Assembly (NCBI GenBank): GCA_000433515.1
Contig: FR891151.1
Span: 1-43,625 of the forward strand
DNA length: 43,625 nt
Source: Candidatus Colimorpha enterica
GTDB taxonomy: Bacteria; Bacillota; Clostridia; Oscillospirales; CAG-272
Reading direction: 5' to 3'
In this document: one piece after another, positions 36,475 to 43,625 of the stretch
Layout of the letters: each line of letters begins with the position of its first letter
Position numbering within the stretch: the stretch's first letter is position 1
Made by a program: the position numbers and the translations under genes
The notes under the pieces: generated by a model
Database searches by the model: none
What the model saw: only the letters and a program-made list of their open reading frames with translations
Told to the model about the DNA's origin: nothing

Positions 36475-37491
36475 TTATCCTGCAAGCCCGTTCGGGTTTT
36501 TAAGGAGCGCATTCCATGAGTCGCGGCACATATCTTCAAGAGACAGCTTTGCTTCCCAGCCAAGCTCGCGCCTTGCCTTGTCCGGAGAAGCGTAGCACTC
36601 CGCGATATCCCCGGGACGGCGGGGAGCGATGACATAGGGGACATTGACACCGGTAGCCTTTATGAAGGTGTTGACAACGTCAAGCACGCTGTAGCCGTGA
36701 CCGGTGCCGAGGTTGAATATCCCGACCCCGCTGTGCTCAGAAACATAATCAAGGGCGGCTGTGTGTCCCGCGGCAAGATCCGTGACGTGTATGTAGTCGC
36801 GAACCCCTGTCCCGTCAGGTGTGGGGTAGTCGTTGCCGAAGACATTCAGATGATCGATTTTTCCTGCGGCGACCTTCACGATATATGGCATGAGGTTGTT
36901 CGGAATCCCGTTCGGATCCTCAAGAAGCAACCCGCTCTTATGCGCTCCGATGGGGTTGAAGTAGCGGAGAAGCACAACGGAAAGCTCCGGGTCGGCATGA
37001 GCCGCATCCTCAAGGATGTTTTCGATCATGAACTTTGTTTTGCCGTAAGGGTTGGAGCAGTTTCCGACCGGCATATCCTCGGTTATCGGCACGGTGGCAG
37101 GGTCGCCGTAAACCGTTGCGGAAGAGCTGAAAATTATTTTATTGCACCCGTACTTCTTCATTGTCTCAAGCAGGGTGAAGGTGGAATCGAGGTTGTTTCT
37201 GTAATAGAGTAGAGGAAGTCTGACCGACTCTCCGACAGCCTTGAGCCCGGCAAAGTGGATGACGGCGTCGATACTGTTTTCCGCGAAAACGGTTTCGAGC
37301 TTTTCACGGTCGGCAACGTCGATTGCGTAGAGCTTTACATCCTTTCCGGTAATTTTTCTGATTCGGTTGACCGCCTCTGGCTTGCTGTTGACGAAATTGT
37401 CGGCAATGACGACCTCGTGACCCTTTTCAAGAAGCCCGACGGCAGTGTGAGAGCCGATGAATCCGGCACCGCCGGTAAGCAGAACTTTCAT
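36475..37491 (-). CDS. galE: UDP-glucose 4-epimerase
   Basis: VLLTGGAGFIGSH, SSSATVYG, YGKTKFMIE (YxxxK), LRYFNPIGAH. Confidence 0.9.
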   Translation of the reverse strand: MKVLLTGGAGFIGSHTAVGLLEKGHEVVIADNFVNSKPEAVNRIRKITGKDVKLYAIDVADREKLETVFAENSIDAVIHFAGLKAVGESVRLPLLYYRNNLDSTFTLLETMKKYGCNKIIFSSSATVYGDPATVPITEDMPVGNCSNPYGKTKFMIENILEDAAHADPELSVVLLRYFNPIGAHKSGLLLEDPNGIPNNLMPYIVKVAAGKIDHLNVFGNDYPTPDGTGVRDYIHVTDLAAGHTAALDYVSEHSGVGIFNLGTGHGYSVLDVVNTFIKATGVNVPYVIAPRRPGDIAECYASPDKARRELGWEAKLSLEDMCRDSWNALLKNPNGLAG

Positions 37492-37707
37492 AATATCATC
37501 TCCTGATTATCTTTTTCGTGATTACAGTATAACACAGGATTTTCGCTTTGTAAATATGAAAATGTTCGTTCCGATATGAATTATCATACTATTTTGAGAT
37601 ACCGGATATAACAAAATTCGACTAAGGACTTGACCTCAGACCGGTTCGCGTGATATAATAGATACATGAAACGTAATTTCCGGGCACTGCCCTGAAAGGA
37701 GACTCAA

Positions 37708-39393
37708 TTGAACAGCGATCTTAAAAAGAAAATCATAATTACCGTTGCCGTCTGCCTCGTGCTTATCCTGCCGACGGTTGCCGCATTCATAGCATACTCT
37801 TCCGCAAGGAACAATCCCGTCACAAGAAAGTCGGTAAGCGGCATTTCGGTCGTAACTCCCGACGGCGGCAGCTTTGATTTCTCCCGCAAAGCACCGGAAT
37901 CCGGCAGTCAGAGCACCTGGAAAACCATCTCGGAGTGCTTTTTCACCATGAACGAGTCGGGAAAGACCGTCGATGCTCTCCCCGCGCCGGAAAGTGAGTA
38001 TAAATGCTTTACCGTTACATACTCAAGCTACAATCTCAAATCCGAATACCGCTACTACATAACCCGCGACCCGGATAATTCCTACTTCCGCGATTCGGCC
38101 GGAAGATATCATAAAATCTCGTCCGAGGCAGTAACCGCGTTTCTTTCGACCGAGTACGCGACAAGCGTTTTTCCGTCCGCCGCCCAGCCCACGCTGACGG
38201 TAGCCGGCACGCAGAATGTTCTGCCGCAGTCGATGCAGTGGAAGTTCCTCGGCTACAGGGATGAATTTTACGACGGTACGGTCAGTGTCATAAATACAGT
38301 CCCGACCTGTGATGTGTCAGGCGGACTTGAGATGAAGTTTGACACCGAGCCGGACTATCTCTATGTTGAGCTGACCGACAAAGACGGCAACCGTGTTTTC
38401 GAGGACAATTATGACAGACTTGACGCAACCCTGTTTGCCGATAACACGGTCTACAACGTCACAGTCACGGCAAAATGGTACGAAGCCGACGGAAGAACAA
38501 ACTACGGCGAGGGCGTTTACAGATTCATAGCAAACGTGCTTTCTCCGGCGGTATTCTATCTCAATACCCCGTCGATCGAATACGGTGACTTCGTCATAGT
38601 TTCGGCAAAGAATATTGTTGACAAATCGCTTATCGGCTTCACATCAGAGCCGGCTATAAATTTCACGCCGGTATTCACGGAGTACGGCGGATATTATCAT
38701 GCGGTTATCCCGCTTTCTCTCGACCTTGTCAGCGCAAACAACAAGGCACCGTCATATTCCTTTACATTCTCGTACGGCGGTGTGTATCAGGAGCTTACTT
38801 TCAATGCCTCAGTCCGGAAGGTAAACAAAGGCTATCTCAATATTTCTGCAGACAAGTGCAGGGAATACTACAACGAGACGACCCGGAAAGAGTTTTCCGA
38901 TACTTTTGCTCCGGTTTTTGCCGCAGATTGCGGAACGGTATACTGGATAGACGATAATATGCTGATAACACCTACAACAAGAAACGTCAGAATGGGCTTC
39001 GGCTTCTATACCCAGCTTTCCGGAACGAAAGAAACCTTCACACATGAAGGCGTTGATTTCAAGGTGGTTAAGGGCGACTCTGTCGGCTCCTGCCTGCCCG
39101 GAAAGGTCGTTTTCGTCGGCGAAACCAAGATATCCGGAAAAACCGTTGTCATCGACCACGGCGCGGGGCTTAAATCGCTATACGCGAATATGAGCTCGAC
39201 CTCGGTCAGCGTCGGTGACATCATTGAAAAGGGACACATCATCGGGGTTGTCGGCTCGACCGGGCTCTGCGCCGGAACCACGCTTCACTTCGGACTCTAT
39301 GCCGGTAATGTCCCGGTAAGGTATTACAGCTCAGCCGATAACGGCGTTCAGATTTCCGAGGCAGTCAGAAACGCCATAGCCGGCAGAAAATAA
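37708..39393 (+). CDS. Membrane-anchored M23-family metallopeptidase with large N-terminal extracytoplasmic region
   Basis: TTG start 7 nt after AAAGGAG. N-terminal TM. The C-terminus carries HEGVDF, GKTVVIDHGAGLKSLYANM and GSTGLCAGTTLHFGL. Confidence 0.8.
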   Translation: MNSDLKKKIIITVAVCLVLILPTVAAFIAYSSARNNPVTRKSVSGISVVTPDGGSFDFSRKAPESGSQSTWKTISECFFTMNESGKTVDALPAPESEYKCFTVTYSSYNLKSEYRYYITRDPDNSYFRDSAGRYHKISSEAVTAFLSTEYATSVFPSAAQPTLTVAGTQNVLPQSMQWKFLGYRDEFYDGTVSVINTVPTCDVSGGLEMKFDTEPDYLYVELTDKDGNRVFEDNYDRLDATLFADNTVYNVTVTAKWYEADGRTNYGEGVYRFIANVLSPAVFYLNTPSIEYGDFVIVSAKNIVDKSLIGFTSEPAINFTPVFTEYGGYYHAVIPLSLDLVSANNKAPSYSFTFSYGGVYQELTFNASVRKVNKGYLNISADKCREYYNETTRKEFSDTFAPVFAADCGTVYWIDDNMLITPTTRNVRMGFGFYTQLSGTKETFTHEGVDFKVVKGDSVGSCLPGKVVFVGETKISGKTVVIDHGAGLKSLYANMSSTSVSVGDIIEKGHIIGVVGSTGLCAGTTLHFGLYAGNVPVRYYSSADNGVQISEAVRNAIAGRK

Positions 39394-39412
39394 AACTGCA
39401 AATAAATCAGGA

Positions 39413-39448
39413 ACAACCGCAGTCCGGGCAGTGGACTGCGGTTGTTTT
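39413..39448. terminator. Bidirectional terminator
   Basis: acaaccgcagtcc-gggcagt-ggactgcggttgt followed by TTT. Confidence 0.75.
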
Positions 39449-39464
39449 GATATTCGGCAAGAAA

Positions 39465-40112
39465 TTATCTCTGTTTAATGTCGGAGATTGCGGCAACAAG
39501 TATCGCTCCGGTGTCGGGATTCTCCGACAGAACATAAAGCTGCGGCCGGGTCACTCCGCTGTCAAGATCATCGCGGAAGGTGCCGTTGTTTCTGCGTATG
39601 GCATACCGTACTTCAAATTCATAGAGCGTCGTACCGTCGTCGCAGTCCTCATAGCGGAGCAGTATCGCCTCCATGTCATACATCATCTGCATGGTAAAGC
39701 GGTCTTTTGCGCCGTTTTTCTTAATATACGCCTCGGTGAAAAGGGAATTGTACTTATCGCTGTCACCCATAATGACGGAGCTGAAGTACTCCCTGAAAAA
39801 CCGGGCGGTTCTGTGCGCGGAATTATAGGAATTATCGTCGGTAAGTATCGCCGTCGAGGTTCCCCCGTCATCCGAGAAGTGAAGTGAACGGTCGAGGTCA
39901 AGATAAGCCTCGTCGGTGAAAATATCAAAGTCATAATCGGGGTTGAAGAGGAATATCGGCTCTCCTGTCCCGGCGTCCTCCTGCCGCGGTCTGTCGGAAA
40001 GTCCTTTTTCAAGTGCAATGTCGAAGAGAACGAGCACCGCAAAGACCGTCAGAATAATTGCCGCGATCTTCAGTAATCGTTTTTTGCCGTTGTTTGCGGA
40101 TTTGTCATTCAT
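39465..40112 (-). CDS. Membrane-anchored hypothetical protein, last gene of the folT-folC operon
   Basis: The start ATG overlaps the folC stop (ATGA). N-terminal TM LLKIAAIILTVFAVLVLF. The remainder is predicted to be extracytoplasmic. No family recognised. Confidence 0.6.
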   Translation of the reverse strand: MNDKSANNGKKRLLKIAAIILTVFAVLVLFDIALEKGLSDRPRQEDAGTGEPIFLFNPDYDFDIFTDEAYLDLDRSLHFSDDGGTSTAILTDDNSYNSAHRTARFFREYFSSVIMGDSDKYNSLFTEAYIKKNGAKDRFTMQMMYDMEAILLRYEDCDDGTTLYEFEVRYAIRRNNGTFRDDLDSGVTRPQLYVLSENPDTGAILVAAISDIKQR

Positions 40113-41401
40113 GTGGCTTCACCCCCGTTTTCGGTCAGTTTTTTCAGCGCATTTTTGAAATCGGCATAGGAATACAGCGACCCGACGCAGAGAAGAGGAG
40201 AACCCTTCCTTGCCGCAAGCGCATATCCCTTTGAAACAGCCTCGGAAAACGAGCCGCACGGGTGCGCGGCAACTCCGGTTTCGGCGTAGTCATCGGCGTA
40301 GTCGGCGGCGGAGAGTGCCCGGACGCTTGACGGCGTGACGGTGAATACGGTGTCGGCGATTTCGGAAATCTCCGAGGCCATTTTTTTGTGGTCCTTGTCG
40401 CGCAGAACACCGGATATTATGACCGGCTTTCTGTCAAGACAGAGCTTTGCGCTCCTTACGGCAGCCGCAATGCCCTCCTCGTTGTGCCCGCCGTCGAAAA
40501 TCACGGTCGGATCGCGGTGCAAAACCTCGAAGCGTCCTTTCCAGCTTACGTCGGCAAGCCCGGTACGGAGTGCTTTTTCGCTTATTTTCAGTCCGCGTCG
40601 GTTAAGGATACGGACAGCCTCGATCACCGATGCCGCGTTTTCCGGCTGATAGGCTCCGGCAAGCGGGATCCGGACGTTCTCATAATTCCCGTAGGTGAAA
40701 ACCGAGCCGTCGATGCCGTATTTCACGTTTTTCAGCTTGGAAAGATCCTTTTTCCGGTATTCACAGCCGCGGCTTTCAGCCGTTTCCGAGATGACTTTTT
40801 CTGCATCGGGGGAGTTCCCACCGAAAAGCACCGGGGAATGCGGCTTGATTATCCCGGCTTTTTCACCGGCTATCGCCGATATTGTGTTTCCGAGAAACTG
40901 GACATGATCAAGCGAAATTCCGGTAATGACCGAGAGGAGAGGAGGGGGCAGAATGTTTGTTGAATCAAGCCTCCCGCCCATTCCGCACTCGATTACCGCA
41001 ATATCAACGTGATTGCGTCTGAAATATTCGAATCCGACGGCGGTTATAAGCTCGAATTCCGTCGGCTTGTCGCTCATTCTTTCACACAGCGGGGCAATGT
41101 CGGTGACGATATCAGCAAGCTCGTCCCTGCCGATCATCCTGCCGTTTATCTGCATTCTTTCCTCAAAGAATTCGATATAAGGCGAAGTGAAAAGCCCGGT
41201 TTTATATCCGGCGGCATGAAGCACCGAGGCAAGCATTGCGCAGAACGAGCCTTTACCGTTTGTTCCGGCAACGTGAACGGCGGAAAACGATCCTTCCGGA
41301 TGGGACATCATTTCCGAAAGCTCAGTTATCCTTTCAAGCCCCGGACGGCTGCCCTGCCATTCGACCGAATGTATAAACGACATTGCCTCGCTGTAGTTCA
41401 T
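40109..41401 (-). CDS. folC: Folylpolyglutamate synthase / dihydrofolate synthase
   Basis: Mur-ligase P-loop HVAGTNGKGS and typical FolC length. A 4-nt overlap with folT. Confidence 0.9.
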   Translation of the reverse strand: MNYSEAMSFIHSVEWQGSRPGLERITELSEMMSHPEGSFSAVHVAGTNGKGSFCAMLASVLHAAGYKTGLFTSPYIEFFEERMQINGRMIGRDELADIVTDIAPLCERMSDKPTEFELITAVGFEYFRRNHVDIAVIECGMGGRLDSTNILPPPLLSVITGISLDHVQFLGNTISAIAGEKAGIIKPHSPVLFGGNSPDAEKVISETAESRGCEYRKKDLSKLKNVKYGIDGSVFTYGNYENVRIPLAGAYQPENAASVIEAVRILNRRGLKISEKALRTGLADVSWKGRFEVLHRDPTVIFDGGHNEEGIAAAVRSAKLCLDRKPVIISGVLRDKDHKKMASEISEIADTVFTVTPSSVRALSAADYADDYAETGVAAHPCGSFSEAVSKGYALAARKGSPLLCVGSLYSYADFKNALKKLTENGGEAT

Positions 41402-41964
41402 TTTCTCTTAACGACCTTTCCGACCTGAGCCATGAACGTGCGGTTCCGCAGGAGCAGAACAAGCAGCACGGATTCCGCCGCCGCTATCCCGATGTAAACG
41501 GGTATTCTTAAATACACCGCATTGCCGAACCACGCATAAAGCCCGACGGATTTGATGATCATTGATCCGACGATATGCCCGGACAGAACTGCGACCGGCA
41601 CGCTTATCCTGATGTCGGCACCCGGCAATATGTACCGGAACACCGTTCCCCCGACGGCACCGACGGCAGCCGCACCGAGCGTGACGAGCGGAAGCGGCGG
41701 CATTCCGGTTATGATGCAGGAAACAAGATCGGCGCAGAGCGCGGTCGCGGCTCCGACGGTCGGCCCGAAAATGAATCCGGCAAGGAACACCGGAAGGTTT
41801 TCGAACGTCAGTCTCAGAGGTCCTGTGCCGAAGATGCTTTTTGCAAGAAAAGCAAGGACAAGACTTGCCGCGGCAAGAAGCCCGCTTACCGCAAGGACCT
41901 TTGCATTGCCGAACAGCTTCAGTTCATCGGTGAATTTTACGGTTTTTGATTCAGGTTTCATCAT
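41398..41964 (-). CDS. folT: ECF-transporter S component, folate family
   Basis: Start at ATG 41964 after GGGAGG. About 5-6 TM segments. It lies directly behind a THF riboswitch and in front of folC. The 299-aa version in the track would run through the riboswitch. Confidence 0.8.
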   Translation of the reverse strand: MMKPESKTVKFTDELKLFGNAKVLAVSGLLAAASLVLAFLAKSIFGTGPLRLTFENLPVFLAGFIFGPTVGAATALCADLVSCIITGMPPLPLVTLGAAAVGAVGGTVFRYILPGADIRISVPVAVLSGHIVGSMIIKSVGLYAWFGNAVYLRIPVYIGIAAAESVLLVLLLRNRTFMAQVGKVVKRK

Positions 41965-42081
41965 AATAAAAATACCTCCCATGAGCAAACTCGCAGCACA
42001 CGGAGGTATTTGCGGTAAACCGGACGGCATATGCATGATATGCGTATGCAAGCCGGCAGGCAGGATCTTTCTCCTTATGTA

Positions 42082-42177
42082 CCAGCGGGATGCGGAATCC
42101 GGACCGCAACAGCTTTGTTTTCGTCCGAAGGGCAACTCCCCGTCCCTCCGGCACTTAACGCCCGGACACCTACTCTG
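42082..42177 (-). promoter_or_regulatory. THF (tetrahydrofolate) riboswitch aptamer; the expression platform extends to ~41968
   Basis: The minus strand reads CAGAGTAGGTGTCCGGGCGTTAAGTGCCGGAGGGACGGGG...GCGGTCCGGATTCCGCATCCCGCTGG. It contains the AGAGUAG, GCGUUAAGUG and GCAUCCCGCU blocks I recall from the folT motif. Downstream, AAATACCTCC can pair with the RBS GGGAGGTATTT, which is followed by Ts. Confidence 0.8.
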
Positions 42178-42188
42178 AATATATTCTG

Positions 42189-42217
42189 ATTTTATCACAT
42201 TCCCTGACGCTTGTAAA
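42189..42217 (-). promoter_or_regulatory. Promoter of the riboswitch-folT operon
   Basis: Minus strand: TTTACA, a 17-nt spacer, then TGaTAAAAT. This places the TSS a few nt before the aptamer. Confidence 0.6.
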
Positions 42218-42290
42218 CCGGCAAAATCATCAAAATTCGTGAACAAATAATTAATTTTTGCTTTCAGCCCGCAGTTCGTCACACCGGGGC

Positions 42291-42319
42291 TTTTCAAAAG
42301 CGCGGAAATGTGGTATAAT
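42291..42319 (+). promoter_or_regulatory. Extended -10 promoter of the ABC exporter gene
   Basis: TGgTATAAT at 42311-42319. The -35 (TTTTCA) is weak. Confidence 0.45.
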
Positions 42320-42389
42320 CATCGATTGTATGCCGCAGGTGCATTTGCGGCATCTTCGTGAAAGGAATCCCCGGATGCGGGGTAGCGAA

Positions 42390-43625
42390 ATGAAAAAACT
42401 GCTTAAATACATGAAGGGCTACGGGTGGGAGTGCTTCCTCGGACCTCTTCTGAAGCTGCTTGAGGCGGCGCTTGAACTGCTTGTGCCTTATGTCATTTTC
42501 GACATCATAAACACCGGTATCGTGAACGACGACAGGGGCTATATCGTCGGAAAGATGTTCATCCTTATCGGAATGGGCCTTGCGGGGCTTCTGTTCTCGG
42601 TAGCGGCGCAGTACTTTTCGGCAAAGGCTGCCGTCGGATTCTCTTCAAAGGTCAGAGAGGCACTCTTCGCACACATAATGCGTCTCGGATATCCGGAGAT
42701 CGATAAAACGGGAAAATCGACCTTCATAACCCGGCTGACAAGCGACATAAATCAGGTTCAGACCGGCATAAATCTCACCCTGCGTCTCTTCCTACGTTCG
42801 CCTTTCATCGTTTTCGGCGCCATGATTTGTGCCTTTACGATCGACAAAAGCTCGGCAATGGTCTTTGTCGGCGTAATTCCGGTTCTGGCGCTTGTCGTTT
42901 TCGCAATAATGCTCTCGACAATACCGCTTTACAGGAAGGTTCAGCAGAAGCTCGACGTCATTCTCTCAAAAACAAGGGAAAATCTCAGCGGCGTGAGAAT
43001 GCTCCGCGCACTCTGCAAGGAGGACGAAGAGATAAGCGAGTTCGGCGAGAAGAACAACGACCTGAACCATGCGCAGAAATTCGTCGGAAAGATCTCCGCT
43101 CTCATGAACCCGCTCACGTACGTGATAATCAACGCGGCAATAGTCGTGCTCATCTACACCGGTGCGCTCCGGGTGAACGAGGGAATACTCACGCAGGCGG
43201 CGATAATCGCTCTTTACAATTATATGTCGCAGATACTTGTCGAGCTTATAAAGCTGGCAAATCTGATAATCACGATTACAAAAGCCGTTGCCTGCGGAAA
43301 CCGTGTTGCCGCAGTGCTTGAGACAGAGCCTTCAATGACGGTTCAGCCGGAGACATTCGGCGACGACAGACATACCGTGGAGTTCCGCGACGTCAGCTTC
43401 AGATACTCGTCAGGCGCAGAAAACGCGCTTTCCGATATCGTCTTTACCGCCGATCCGGGGCAGACCATCGGAATAATCGGCGGAACCGGCTCCGGAAAAA
43501 CGACGCTTGTAAACCTTATCTGCCGTTTCTATGACGCAACGGGCGGAGAGGTGCTTGTTGACGGCAAAAACGTGAAGTCATATGATTTCCCGACGCTGAG
43601 AAACAAGGTGGGAATCGTCCCGCAG
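42390..43625 (+). CDS. ABC exporter, fused permease/ATPase (MsbA/MdlB-type), 3'-truncated by the window edge
   Basis: The open frame from ATG 42390 to the window end is not in the track because it lacks a stop. Product begins MKKLLKYMKGYGWECFLGPLLKLLEA... with six TM-type segments. The NBD starts at FRDVSFRY, with Walker A GGTGSGKTT. Confidence 0.85.
   Translation, partial: MKKLLKYMKGYGWECFLGPLLKLLEAALELLVPYVIFDIINTGIVNDDRGYIVGKMFILIGMGLAGLLFSVAAQYFSAKAAVGFSSKVREALFAHIMRLGYPEIDKTGKSTFITRLTSDINQVQTGINLTLRLFLRSPFIVFGAMICAFTIDKSSAMVFVGVIPVLALVVFAIMLSTIPLYRKVQQKLDVILSKTRENLSGVRMLRALCKEDEEISEFGEKNNDLNHAQKFVGKISALMNPLTYVIINAAIVVLIYTGALRVNEGILTQAAIIALYNYMSQILVELIKLANLIITITKAVACGNRVAAVLETEPSMTVQPETFGDDRHTVEFRDVSFRYSSGAENALSDIVFTADPGQTIGIIGGTGSGKTTLVNLICRFYDATGGEVLVDGKNVKSYDFPTLRNKVGIVPQ

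Noticed and set aside
41965-42297. The 299-aa version of the folT ORF, with an N-terminal extension.
   Set aside because: The extension overlaps the THF riboswitch and promoter. The hydrophobic S-component begins at ATG 41964 with a GGGAGG RBS.

Overview
The window looks like a Firmicutes/Clostridia-type chromosome: strong GGAGG-type RBSs, ECF-type folT behind a THF riboswitch, and lipobox solute-binding proteins (SBPs). All calls come from reading the sequence and the supplied ORF translations. No searches were run, and the GC statements are by-eye estimates.

Layout:
- **1-7.8 kb, glycan-utilisation block.** It holds a surface protein, GH43, a beta-helix protein, a frameshifted RpiB/LacAB-family isomerase and a GH112 galactosyl-HexNAc/rhamnose-type phosphorylase.
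- **7.8-24.3 kb, AT-richer accessory mosaic.**
  - An IS1182-family element sits inside a terminator hairpin, and its transposase carries two nonsense codons.
  - A large serine recombinase lies next to a decayed MobC/relaxase module.
  - A LexA-like S24 repressor plus a Zn-ribbon gene is divergent from a DEDDh-exonuclease/TerB-like/BRCT/HTH fusion.
  - A NERD-domain membrane protein and two unannotated small ORFs follow, all preceded by a triplicated 19-bp promoter box.
  - An HTH-TM-coiled-coil protein is coupled to a CE15-like esterase and a Fec-type ABC importer.
  - A sigma factor with an anti-sigma-like pair closes the block.
- **24.3-25.1 kb, tRNA-Pro locus.** One intact tRNA-Pro(UGG) is followed by three diverged tRNA-Pro 5' halves. 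They lie in ~200-bp units decorated with GGTCAAA iterons.
- **25.4-43.6 kb, GC-richer block.**
  - A PadR-headed operon encodes an E2/CAT-fold acyltransferase, two acyl-AMP ligases, a serine-palmitoyltransferase-like alpha-oxoamine synthase, an SDR and an ACP.
  - Downstream are an NPCBM surface protein, an SBP lipoprotein, galE and an M23 peptidase.
  - A THF riboswitch-folT-folC-unknown operon follows, then a partial ABC exporter.

Best candidates for something new:
- The box-regulated exonuclease/NERD/small-ORF island.
- The sphingoid/ceramide-like lipid operon in a Gram-positive context.
- The tRNA-Pro half-gene array.
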